Source of the DNA: Lama guanicoe
Lineage: Eukaryota
NCBI GenBank assembly: GCA_013239625.1
Contig: MU054323.1
Coordinates: forward strand, 11,367,815-11,431,814
DNA: 64,000 nucleotides
Direction: 5' to 3'
Part shown: piece after piece, positions 13,061-24,170 of the stretch
Position numbering within the stretch: the first letter of the stretch is position 1
How the letters are laid out: each line of letters opens with the position of its first letter
The notes under the pieces: model-generated
What the model saw: only the letters and a program-made list of their open reading frames with translations
What the model was told of the DNA's origin: nothing
Database searches by the model: none
Translations under genes and position numbers: made by a program

Positions 13061-13295
13061 GAGAGGCCCGTTAGTACAATGGTTAAACACATCAGCTTTG
13101 GAGCCAGACTGCCTGTATTTGAAACCTGGTTTCACCACTTACTAGTTCTTTTGAGTCTCAGTGTGCCTCAGTTTTGTCATCCATAAAATGGGAATAATTT
13201 TACCTAATTCATAAGGTTGTCTTGAATTAATGAAAATGCTTTGAAGAGTACCCAGCATATAGTAACCATTCAATAAACATTTTTATTAAAATTAC
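13061..13295 (+). mobile_element. MIR SINE
   Basis: tRNA-like head (tggttaaacac…ctttggagccagactgcctg), core (cctcagttttgtcatccataaaatggg) and tail (cccagcatatagtaaccattcaataaac). Confidence 0.85.
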
Positions 13296-13379
13296 TACTC
13301 TTTGTATTTGCCATAACTTATAGTTTTGCTGTTTGTTCATAAAAATTGGCTGCTGTGATAAAGAACCAGTTGTAAATCT

Positions 13380-14790
13380 TGATAATTAAAGAGATGATTG
13401 ATGAAATAAACTCAGTTAGTAGATCAGGCACAGCTGAAGATCAAATTAGTGAGTTGGATGACCAAGCTAAGAGATTTTCCTTCAACGGAGTCAAATGAAG
13501 GGAGATAAAAAGTATAAGAGGACAGATCCAGAAGTTTTAACATCTAAGTTCCAAATAGAAAGTCTGAAAGAATGAAGAAGAGAAAAAAATAATATTTTCT
13601 TAACAAATGGAAGGAAAATTTCCAGTGTTAAGGAGAGACTCATATTGGGAGAGTGTACCAACTGCTGAGCAGAATTAGTGAAAATGTTCCATACCTAGAT
13701 TCATCCTGGTGAAGTTTCACAAAACCAAGGATAAACAGGAAATCAGTAAAGCTTCCAGAGGGGGAAAAATTAGATTGATGTCAGACTTCTTATTAGCCAT
13801 ATCAAGTGACACAAGACTGTGGGAAAAATAGCTCTGAAATTCTGAGGGGAAAATGATTTGGAATCCCAAGTTCCATTTTAAGCCAAACTAGTCTCCAAAA
13901 TTTGAGAACCAAAAAATACATTTCAGGAATGTGGAGACTCAAATATTTTTTGAAAGAAATTCCTTAAAGAGGACTAACGGAAAAGGACACAGGATATAAG
14001 AAACAATAAGCAGAGAAAGCAGCAGACTTACTGAGTCAAGTCTAAATGATTAAAAATATTTTTGTGAAACATAAAGAATATATTAGAAGTAGTAGTAGTA
14101 GTCATAATAATAATAGCAATTTGGGGAAACTACTGGATGATTTCTACAAATCTGGGAAGAGGGACAAGAGGAAAGCAAAATTTTTTGTTTAGGGGAGGAT
14201 TATTTATTAACTCAGTGTTGACAGAACTATTTTTAAGTTTAAATGTTTGTCAGAAATGGAAAGGTGAAAAAATTTTAAGCATGACTATTAAAAGAATAAA
14301 ACAGTTTGTAATTTCCAAACCACTAGAGCAAGGGTGGGCTAACTGTTTCTGTAAGGGGTTAGGAAGTAAATATTTTGGAGTTTGTGGGCAGTACTGTTTC
14401 TCCTGCACCTGGTCCACTCTGCCACTGCTGTACAGAAGCGGCCATAGACGACAAATATAAACAAATGGGTGTGGCTGAGTTCCTGTCCAACTTTGCTTTA
14501 TTAAACACTGAAATTTGAATTCCCTATCATTTTCACATATTACAAAATATTCTCCTTAACTTGTGGTCCATACAATTACAGATAGTGCACTGGATTTGGT
14601 CCATAGTTTGCTGACCTCTGTGTTAGAGAACAAAGGAACAGGCAAAGAAAACATAATAATTTCAACTAAAGACAGAGAAAGGAAGAAAAGTGGAGAAAGG
14701 TGGGCAGGAAACCATAAAGAAGTATTAACAAACATGAAAACATAAAAGGAGATGTCAAGCAAAGAAAAAACATTTCCCCTAATAAATGTG
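13380..14790 (+). mobile_element. Ancient L1M/HAL1-like ORF1 and downstream remnant, interrupted by MER58
   Basis: acagctgaagatcaaattagtgagttgga…catacctagattcatcctggtgaagtttc…aaagcttccagag…tcagacttct are decayed ORF1-type blocks. Confidence 0.6.
14329..14620 (+). mobile_element. hAT-Charlie non-autonomous element (MER58B-like)
   Basis: Ends are caagggtgggctaac and gtttgctgacctctg. Degenerate 8-bp TSD cactagag/tgttagag. Internal acactgaaatttgaatt block. Confidence 0.85.
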
Positions 14791-14934
14791 GAAGGAGTAT
14801 TTTCATGTTTTAGTCTATGTACTTCTGAGCTGTTTGACTGTTTTACAGCCAATATGTTTTCATTTATTTTCTAGTGCTTTAAAAATATTTTATTACTTAA
14901 ATTAATGATCTCTTGGTCTTTTCACTTAATGGCA

Positions 14935-16105
14935 TTTGTCAATTGAACATCTATGTGGAAAACAAGAGCCTTTGATGTCTACCTCACCCAATATACAAAA
15001 ATTAATTTGAGATGGATCATAAACCAAAATGTGAAAGTTTAAACATTTAAGCTTCTAGAAGAATACATGGAATAGAGTCTTCATGACTTTGGAGTAGGCA
15101 GAGATTTCTTAAACAAGACACAAGAAACACCAAGCACAATGGAAAAGATTTATAAAATGGGCTTCATTCATATATTACATGTTAGGTTCATAACAAGACA
15201 CTTTTAAGGGAGAAAAAATGCATACTACAAATTAAGAAAAGATATTTGGTGTATATGTAAAACTAGGATTATATATATTCTCTGTGTGTGGGTGGGGGGT
15301 GGGTATCTGCCCTTGTATCCTACTAGTTAATAAAGAGAGAGAATCCAATGAAAAAATGGGCAAAAAGTTTGAAGAGGCAGTTCACAAAGAAGATATCCAG
15401 GTAGCCAATTTGTATATGAAAAGATCCTCAACATCTTTAATCATAAGGGAAATGCAAATTAAAACTACCGTACCTAGATTAGAACGGCTAAAATTAAAAG
15501 GACTTGTAAGATCTAGTGTTGATGAGGCTGTAGACAGAGGAATTAGAACTCGTACATTGCTGGTGGGAGTGTCAGTACAATCAGAGAAAAACATGCCATC
15601 TACTGAAGCTGGACATACATAAATCCTAATACACAGCAGCTCCCCTCCTGAGGATTCATTCAACAGAACTGAGTGCTTATGTTCAACCGAAGACAGGTAC
15701 AAAGATACCCATATTGACTTTATTCCTAATAGCCAAGACATCGCTCCATCAATAGTAGAAATGTGTTGTAATATATTCATGTAATTGACTACTACACAGC
15801 AATGTGAATACTTAATATGGGTGAATCTCATTTCACATGATATTGAACAAAAGAAGCCAAAGGCAAAAGAATATCTACTGTGTGATTTCATTTGTATTAG
15901 TTATGATGAGGTCACAATAATGGATGCCTTTGGAGCATATTAACTGGCAGAGTGGCACATGGGAGAATTCTTGGGTGCTGAACATATTCAGTGCCTTAAT
16001 CTGGATGGTAGCCACTCAGATATGTGTAACAATTCATTAAGCTCTGGACCTATACACTTAATATCTTCATACTTTAAGTTATACCTCAAAAAATATTTTT
16101 AAAAA
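14935..16105 (+). mobile_element. Ancient L1 (L1MD/ME-like) ORF2 3' end and 3'UTR
   Basis: ctacctcacccaatatacaaaaattaatttgagatggatcat. Encodes [29 protein letters not shown]. Ends aagttatacctcaaaaaa. Confidence 0.8.
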
Positions 16106-16109
16106 GCCC

Positions 16110-16526
16110 ATCTCATTCTTTACCTTCTGGTCTGAAATGCTGTCATTATCATATACTTAATTCCTAACATATTCAAGGGCCTTTTTCTGGGTCTTGCATT
16201 CTTTTCCATTTGTCTGCTTTTGCAGATATACTGTTCTGACTTAATGATTGTTGCTTCATAATATATTTAATGTTTAATGGTGTGAGTCTTCCCTACTTAT
16301 TCTTCTATTCAAAACTTCCTTAGTCTCATCTCTTTATTACAGATTATCTCTAGAATTAAATCCCAAATTTTCACACACCTTCATTTCATTGGAATTTTGA
16401 CTATAATTACATGAAACTAAAATTATGAATTTGGAGATCATTGGCATGTTGGTTGAATTCAGAAACGTATGCCTCACCATTTCCTTCCAGGTGTGTAGTT
16501 GTCTTCATGAGGCTCCTGCGGGTGTC

Positions 16527-16558
<32 letters not shown>

Positions 16559-16640
16559 CTTTTGCATATTTTTGTTTTGCAGTCATGAATGGGAACTTTT
16601 CTTGTTAGATCTTTATGTTCCTTGATATAATATCCTTGGT
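16110..16640 (-). mobile_element. Ancient L1 ORF2 fragment, antisense
   Basis: tttctgggtcttgcattcttttccatttgtctg…gagtcttccctacttattcttctattcaaaa…ggaattttgact. Confidence 0.6.
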
Positions 16641-16659
16641 ATTATTGTAACTTCTTAAT

Positions 16660-16885
16660 CATAATAATGGTAATAACTATTTATTGACTACTTTGTGTGA
16701 AATAATCTTATTTATTTCTTACAATAACTCCTATCAGGTAAATACTATTGCAGCATTATGTTTATCTTTACATTTGGGGTCTGTGAGGGACACAGGCTTA
16801 CAGTTGAATGGCTGGTTTCTGGTGGAGCTATGATTCTAACCCAGGCAATCTCACTCCGGAGCTACTTTGTCGGCAAACTGCACTG
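16660..16885 (-). mobile_element. MIR SINE
   Basis: aataactatttattgactact…tcttacaataactcctatcaggta…ggagctatgattctaacccaggcaatct. Confidence 0.65.
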
Positions 16886-17184
16886 TGGTAGTAGGTGTCC
16901 TCTGGTGAAAGAGAGACATGTGGGAGGGGGCAAGTGTGGGATCTGTTCCAGGACAGATGGATGACTGACAACAAATGCAGTAGGTGAGGAGTGATTGGAT
17001 GCATATCAGCAAGTCCTATACTAAAGTAGACTTTTTCGATGTATTTGTAGAATACAGTATTCTAGTTTGTACATATTCAAACCAAATAAAGTCCTACAGT
17101 TTTTTTAACCACTGATGAATAATTTACCGATAATTTTATGTATTTTCAGGGTACAACTGTATTGATTAAGTGATGGTAACTCTT

Positions 17185-17690
17185 ATTTTAGTTGTGTTTG
17201 TTGGCAAGGAACTACCACTTATTTCCTCTAGCTGAAAAAACAAAAGTAAAGATACACATGGCAGTAAGGGAATGGACTCTTGGGTACCCAGCAGGTGGAC
17301 CCATAGACTGGCCAGCACTTGTGGGAGACTGGCTGTCTTTCGTTCTGGATCAAAATCAGCTTCAGGTGCCTCAGCAGCAAGAGTGGTTCAGATCTTCACT
17401 ACCATATGCTACCTGTGTTTTGCCTCAGCTGCTACTGTCTCTGTTACCTGCTTTTTTGTCCATCCATTTGTCTTCCATACCAGCTTGCTTTCTCCATGGT
17501 CCCAGGTAAAATTTCTGAGAGAGAACATTTGACTGGCCAAGATAGTTACTGTGTTTGGGCCAAGGGTTTCATGCTTCATGGACTGTTCAATAGCCTACTG
17601 ATTGGCTGCCTTAAGCCAGGCATTTACCACAGTAGTTCTAAGCATTTCTGGCCAGGGAGGGGTGTCAATGGGTAAAACATGGCTCGTCTG
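17185..17690 (-). mobile_element. Very old MaLR LTR (MLT1K-O-like)
   Basis: Starts ttagttgtgtttgttggcaaggaac. Includes gagagagaacatttgactggcc…ctgattggctgccttaagccagg…ggccagggaggggtgtca…aacatggct. Confidence 0.45.
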
Positions 17691-18297
17691 AGGCTACCTC
17701 TTCAGTAGCAAGGTGAATTTGCCTTAGAGAGAGAGAAAATGATCACAGTGTATACTCTGATTAACGTATTTAGTAGCCATTGCATATTTTCTCTTTTAAA
17801 TAAAATCTAAAAAAGAGGCTACAATTGAAAATAGCAATTGGATTTAGAGATTGAGTAATACAGAAAAGAAAATATCAAAGAGAATTCTTGAGAACAATCC
17901 TTTGCTTTCTGTTTTATAAGCCTGATAACACACAGTCATGTATCTCTTGTAGGTAACCTGGTAAAAATGTCTAGTTAGTTAGGATTGTTAGAAATTTGGA
18001 TGAGTTAATGATAAATATTAAGGAAGTTTTTTCTTTGGTATTTTAATAGCTAGGTTTGGTCTGAAAAGAGGTTTTTGAGAATTTTGCAAATCCTAGAATT
18101 TAGTAAACTCCTTTAAGAATATTCTCTGGTATGTCTGTTATTTAATCCCAGATCAGTGCTGAATTTAAGGTATATCATTAGATGCTAATTATGAAAGTAA
18201 ATTATAGTAAAACCAAAAAGCTCTAAAATATTTTATTCAATAATATGTGGGTATTGGTATTAAAATTATATGTAAATACTTGTTAAATTGATTCTAG

Positions 18298-18444
18298 GTT
18301 GGGCCATGCAGGCTGCTGCCTATATCTTCATTCATAGGAAATGGAAGGATGACAGGAGCCATTTTGAAGACATGATTGATTATTTTTGTGATATCCATGA
18401 ACCACTTCAACTCCTCATATTCCCAGAAGGGACTGATCTCACAG
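18298..18444 (+). CDS. LCLAT1: LCLAT1 internal coding exon (147 nt), acyltransferase motifs II (YIFIHR) and III (FPEGTD)
   Basis: Acceptor ttctag|GT (AG at 18296-18297) and donor ACAG|gtaaag (GT at 18445). In phase 1 it translates to (G)WAMQAAAYIFIHRKWKDDRSHFEDMIDYFCDIHEPLQLLIFPEGTDLT(E), which I recognise as LCLAT1/ALCAT1. It is not in the ORF track. Confidence 0.96.
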
Positions 18445-18469
18445 GTAAAGTAGCCTGAGTTTGGACCAT

Positions 18470-18630
18470 GGAATTTTAAAACGAAAGGAACTTAGAAATT
18501 GTCTTATCTAAACTTCTTAGACTTCAGATGAAATAACTGAACACCAACAAGATTAATGGCCTGTCCTTAAGGTCATGCAGTTAATCAGTAGCATATCAGA
18601 ACCCAGAACTCCTCATTTCCAGCCCATAGA
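18470..18630 (-). mobile_element. MIR/MIR3 fragment
   Basis: cagatgaaataactga…cttaaggtcatgcagttaatcagtagca…agaacccagaactcct. Confidence 0.6.
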
Positions 18631-18735
18631 ATTTATGATGGTAACCCCAAGAGGTATTATTTATACTTGCCATCCTAGAGCTTTATAGTTTTAAATTTCA
18701 GTATATATTTTAAGTATCAGTCTTTTACTTCCTGT

Positions 18736-18796
18736 AATTTCTATGGAATCACCAAAACCCCCAAATAGCCAAACCAACCTTGAGAAAGAACAAAAC
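18736..18796 (+). mobile_element. Isolated ~60-bp L1 ORF2 fragment
   Basis: aatttctatggaatcaccaaaacccccaaatagccaaaccaaccttgagaaagaacaaaac aligns by eye to L1 ORF2 at about 41538-41600 and 4215-4275 of this window. Confidence 0.7.
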
Positions 18797-20851
18797 CTAG
18801 TTTTAAAATCCCCTTCCTGTTTTATATATTTTTGTCCTGTTCTAAGATCCATATTGATCCATTAGACTTTTTTTCTCAATTTCTTACTTACAAGAAAAGG
18901 ATCGAATAGTAACTAATTTCATTTATTATTGATTTAAGTTAATATGCTGACTTTCTCCTGGTATTTTAAAGCCTTATCCCTAGTATGAGAAAAGAAGGCT
19001 TTGTCCTTTCCTCAAGACAAGTCAGCCATCGTTGAGTTGTAGAGGGGACACAGGAAAATGTACTTAGCACTTTCCTGCCTTCCCACATACTAAATTACAC
19101 AAGCCAAAAATGCCAGTGGATCTCAAGGGGTTCTTTAAAAGATTAAAAACAAAATATAGTCTTTCATTCTCTAGCGGGTTTCACATTTTTTTGAACCACA
19201 GATCATTGCTGCAGATGAAACCTGTTGCAATCTAGGATTTAAGACAGAGAGAGCTTCCCTGTTTGAATATTGGTAGAGGAGGGTATAAGCTTGGACATGA
19301 AACAGTTTTATAGAATCCTTCAACTCAAAAGAGCAAAATTTAAAAATTTTAATACCCTAGTTACTTCAAGAAAATTACAGCAGAATTTGAGAAGGATTCA
19401 ATGGATGAAGGTCTATTGTATGAGGGACGACAGACTGAAGCAGGATAGAACCTAAAAATCACCAGGATGGAGAGATAGAACATTAACTTGTCTTCCAAAT
19501 CTTCAATACCAGATTGAGGCAACTAAGAGCTACTAAGAAGGGCAACTCTTAGAACTTGAGAGAACATGTAAATGAACATACTAATTCACTCTCTGGACAT
19601 AGTAATTTATGGAACCCAGTACCCAAAAAGAGAGTTGAAGATGAAAAATACAAATTGCATTACTACTGAAGTAAGGGAATGGGTGACTAAGCCATAATAT
19701 GTTAATGAGGGAAATTAAGGTGTTTGGGGAAACATTTACCACTGATACCAAGAAAGAGACCTTTGAGTAATCTGTGACAGATGAAACTGAGCTAAATGAA
19801 GCATGGTAATTTTTACATACTAGTATTATGTTCTAAAATATATACTTACTGTATAGTATGTGTTTGATTTTTATAGTTAAAATTTTTAAAGTAGTTGGAT
19901 CACAGAGAGTAATACTAAGAATAATATTGGCTGTATATTGCTTAAGCTTGAAAATATATTGTAAATTTTAAGTTGATTCCCAAAGCTGAACTATAATTAG
20001 GAAATTATAATGGAGAGGCAGCCATATTTATATTTTATAATACTTAGGATATAGAATACTTAATTTGGGTTGAAATATTAGCTATATTAGAGTATAGAAA
20101 GTCATTTACTGAATTAGATTTATATTTGTGAATGCCAAAATGTATACTAAAGATCAGCAACTTTGGAAGTTATTTAGTAATTGAAAGATAATGGAATAAA
20201 AGGTCATGCGTTGCTCCTACTTTAGTATATTAGTATTAAAATGTTCACTCATAAGACCTTCAGAGGCAATTAAGTGTATATTTAAAGCTTTTTTCAGTCT
20301 ATATACTTCTCAGGTGTATTTTTTAGGTGATGACCTTAACATCTAGGTATGTGTTTTCAAAATCCAGAGTACTCAAAATTACATGGTGTAGTTGCCTGTT
20401 TTTTAAGTTAAAACAGTATTTACATTTTAAAGCCAACTTGCAAAAAGCTAGACTATTTGCCAAACAGAGAAAACAGACTGATCCTGAAACCCTAAAAATT
20501 TGGGGGGTGGGGGATAAATGATTTTTTTTTGAAGTAGGCAAGCAAAATACCTTTGGTTTGAAAAAGTATCTGCTAACTCAAAGGTGTTTTTAGCTACCAA
20601 ATTAACTTTAAACTTTTAAAGCCCAAAGAGAATGTTTTATAATCCTCTTTAAGTCCTGAATCCAACTTGCTTGCACATTTTCAAGTTAGTGCATTTAAAT
20701 GTAACTTTAAATATATTCTATTTTCATGTTATTGTTTATAGCTTTTTTTTTGCTTATAGAAGTAATATATGTTAATTTGGGGAAATTTATAAACATAGAA
20801 GGGAGCACAGAAATTACTCTTATTCCATTGTCTCTAAAGAAACTCTGTTCT

Positions 20852-20928
20852 GGGGGTGGCTTAGTGGTAGAACCCATGCTTAGTATGCACAAGGTCCTGG
20901 GTTCAATCCCCAGTACCTCCAAAAAAAA
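20852..20928 (+). mobile_element. tRNA-Ala-derived SINE (camelid vic-1-type), short form
   Basis: gggggtggcttagtggtagaacccatgcttagtatgcacaaggtcctgggttcaatccccagtacctcc plus an A tail. A box and B box (GGTTCAATCC) are present. Possible degenerate TSD aaactctgttct/ccacactattct. Confidence 0.85.
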
Positions 20929-20976
20929 CCCACCACACTATTCTAATTTTACTCTGTTGCTTTTGGGTCATTTGGT

Positions 20977-21040
20977 CACACACATATACACGTGTATATA
21001 CACACACATACACAGGCATATATGTGTGCATTCATACACA
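20977..21040. repeat. Imperfect (CA)/(TA) microsatellite
   Basis: cacacacatatacacgtgtatatacacacacatacacag. Confidence 0.7.
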
Positions 21041-21104
21041 TAATTTTAAAATGGGAAATTAGAGTTACACTTTTCTTTGTACTTAATGTATTATAATCTC
21101 TCAC

Positions 21105-21342
21105 ATCATTAGTCAGGTGTTGTCCAGATGAACAGAACAGGGTGTGTGTATGTGTGTGGGGAGAGAGAGAAAGCGGTGGGGGGCAGATGATTTTCAGGAA
21201 TTGGTTCACATGATTGTGGAGGCTTGGCAAGTTAAAAGTGTATAGTGTAAGTCAGCAGGCAGGAGACTGAGGGCAAAGTTGGAATTCGAGTCCAAAGGCA
21301 GTCTGCTGGAAGAATTCTTTCCTGCTTGAGGAGTTCAGGGTT

Positions 21343-21377
<35 letters not shown>

Positions 21378-21569
21378 TTTCTATTAAGGCCTCCAGTTGA
21401 TTGGATGAGGCCCACCTACATTATGGAATGTAAACTGCTTTAGTCAAAGTCAGCTGATTTAAATATTAATCTCATCAAAGAACACCTTCACAGAAACATC
21501 TAGAATAATGTTTGACCAATATCTGGGTATCTTGGCCTAGCCAATTTGATACCTAACATTAACCATCAT
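21105..21569 (-). mobile_element. ERVL solo LTR (MLT2C/D-like) containing a (GTCT)n tract at about 21347-21372
   Basis: attagtcaggtgttgtccagatgaacagaac…aggaattggttcacatgattgtggaggcttggcaag…ttggatgaggcccacctacattatgg…cattaaccatca. Confidence 0.88.
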
Positions 21570-21680
21570 CATTGGTATACCATGATTTGGGTTTCTGTTT
21601 TCCTGATTTGGAAAGGAAAGCCTTTCTAGGTTTTAACAATTATAATATTACATGCAGTTAAACACCCCTGTGTATAAAAC

Positions 21681-22060
21681 TTCATTTAATAAATATGTGA
21701 GTTCCTGGAGCTTTATATACAAAGCAAAGTCTCTACTTTCATGAAGCTTACATTCTGTGAGGAAAGACAGGTAAAAAAATACTAATGTTAATAAAAATAT
21801 GCCAGGTATTCATAAATGCTGTACAGAAAAATAAAGCAAGATAAGGAGAGAGAGTTTTAACAAAAGAAGGGGGGTGTAGCGTGCTGGGCATTGGGTAGTT
21901 AGAGAAGACCCGTCTAGTTTTTATTTAAGTAGAGATTAACTGACAAAGCAGGAAGTCATGCAGCTGTCTGGGTAGAGGGCACAGACCCTGAGATGGGAAC
22001 ACGCCTGGCTGGTGTGAGAACATCCCAGCGGCCAGTGGTCTCCCTGGAGCAGAAGGCATG
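21681..22060 (-). mobile_element. L2 3' fragment
   Basis: ttcatttaataaatat…ctttcatgaagcttacattct…acagaccctgagatgggaacacgcctggctggtgtgagaa. Confidence 0.7.
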
Positions 22061-23584
22061 CTGGCATTGGAGTGTTACAGGGAGCCAGCTAACAAGACAG
22101 GCAGCTGTGGTCAGCAAGTGGGACGCTAGTGCAGTTAGTCCCAATAATCCCAGAGGCTGGGGGTGGGTAGATGACGTGGGGATGGAGGGGGAAATCTGCA
22201 TCTCTGATCGCTCTGTGTCTCTGATTATTTCTGCCTTCCCACATCATGACTGTACCTTTTAGAGCTACTAAATACTTGTAGTCACATTCTACAACAGAAT
22301 TCAGTTTTGTCTTCAGATCCCTCAAGTCTGTGACGAACTGGAAGAGTAAGCTGAACAGTGGTTACCTACTCATCTTTAGTGGCTCTGGGATTCCCCATCC
22401 CATGTAAGGTCCTGCCAGCTGTCTAGAAAATACTGTTTTGCAGTTCCATGCCCAGAATATGTCCCTCCAGTGAATATGAGAAGAGCTTATTACTTTTCAT
22501 GTTTAAGGCTTATACTTTTGACTTGCTAGGGATCTGTGGGTATTTAGTTCTTTGACTCAGTTCCTCTTGTATAAAATAATGTACCATCTTTTACAGGAGT
22601 GTTCCTTGAATATTTTAGTGTTGTGGAATCCATCTGTAGCTTTTTGAGATTTTGAGGACTCAGAAAGTTGTGTTTATATGTATGTGTTTTTCCCCGGTGA
22701 CTTGGAATAGTCTGTAAATTTCAGGATGCAGCTAAGAATTGCAGGTTCTAACATCTGCTGTCATCAGAAGGTATTTCATGATCTCCCCCAGCAACTGAGG
22801 CCAAATTTCTGAACACTTTACTTTTTCCAAATATAATTGCTGAATAATGAGTTTGGTTCTTCTTGGAACTTACCAAGTCACCTCATGGAATGGAAAAAGT
22901 TTTTGCCAACAATTGGAACATATACTTGACTCTGTAACTATATTCAGCCAAACCATGTTCAGATGTTTGTACATGATGTGCTAATCATGTGCCCATTCTG
23001 TTGTGGAGTGGTTTGGGTTAGTAATTATTAGTGTGCTCTGTGCCCGAGCAAGGCAGATATTTGACTTTGCACTGAAGCCCTAAATTATTGGGTTAAAAAA
23101 AATGTTGATCTGATATATTTGGCAAATTGTTAGTTATTTCTTCTAGATGTCTAGAGCTTTACATCTTATTACTATTTTAGTTTTATTTTACTTTATATTT
23201 TAGTATTTCAATTTGTATTATGTAATGACTATTTTATGAAAATTTTAGTTTATTTGTATTTTATTGTATTTCAGTTTTCATTAGATACTGACTATTTTAT
23301 GAAATTACTTAAAGAATGTTAAGGATTTGAATATGAATTTTTAAACTGTTATAAAACATCTATTAGTACATTATTATAAAATTTTCAAAATTCCAATAAG
23401 TAAATAACTCTAGGATCTTTGTTAGGGGTTTACTATTTATATCTTCTCACTTGACTCAGTAAGCTGTATTCAGTAATTACAGGAAAACGATCTGCTATTT
23501 TTATCAAAGAAATTCTGCACTATTTCCTTACCTCACTTATCTTCCTTTATTTTGTGACTTCTAATGGTTTATTGTCTTGTTTAG

Positions 23585-23701
23585 AAAGTACCATGGCCCG
23601 AAGTAATGATTTTGCTGAAAAGAATGGACTTCAGAAGTATGAATATGTCTTACATCCGAGAACTACAGGTTTTACTTTTGTAGTTGACCGTCTAAGAGAA
23701 G
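23585..23701 (+). CDS. LCLAT1: LCLAT1 internal coding exon (117 nt), contains LHPRTTGF
   Basis: Acceptor tgtcttgtttag| (AG at 23583-23584) and donor GAAG|gtaagc (GT at 23702). It translates to (E)STMARSNDFAEKNGLQKYEYVLHPRTTGFTFVVDRLRE(G), in frame with the previous exon. It is the core of track ORF 23554..23775. Confidence 0.96.
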
Positions 23702-24009
23702 GTAAGCACCCATCTCAAAGGGTACTTTTTAATATAAATGGCAAAAATTTCTTAACTTCATATATAGCTCTTTAGAATTTACAAAGCACTTTTTCATATT
23801 TTATCTCAAGAAATAAACAAATAAGAAATACCTCTTTGTGAAAAACAAAAGAAAACTTTCTCTTCCTCCTTTTTTGGAATAGATAGAAAATGATACATAC
23901 AGTTAGACTATGATTACATTTTTAAATGTTTCTCAAAGAAGCAAAACTGTCCTTAAAGTATCTTATCATTTATACTATAGTTATTTATGGGTTAAAGAAC
24001 ATTTTTACA

Positions 24010-24170
24010 TTCATTATTCCACTCACTTCAACAAATGATTCTAGTTGGTAGGAAGGCAAGTACTGCTACCTCTATTTTATAGTTAAATAGAACTGGCATC
24101 CAGGGTGGTTAGTAAATGTCCGTGGGTCACAGACAGAACCTCATTCTTTTGCTTCCTACTTTGTGGCTCA
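24010..24170 (-). mobile_element. MIR fragment
   Basis: ctattttatagttaaatagaactggcatccagggtggttagtaaatgtccgtgggtcacag. Confidence 0.5.

Larger units (their letters stand above)
18445..23584 (+). other. LCLAT1: LCLAT1 GT-AG intron (5140 bp, phase 1)
   Basis: Bounded by the two coding exons; starts GT and ends AG. Confidence 0.93.

Noticed and set aside
15382..15891. 169-aa minus-strand ORF
   Set aside because: It is the antisense reading of a decayed L1 ORF2/3'UTR.
20852..20921. Possible tRNA-Ala gene
   Set aside because: It has a degenerate 5' stem and anticodon, an A tail, and a second related copy with a TSD, which indicates a SINE.
23554..23775. 73-aa ORF as a standalone gene
   Set aside because: Only 23585-23701 is coding. 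The flanks are intronic read-through past clear splice sites.
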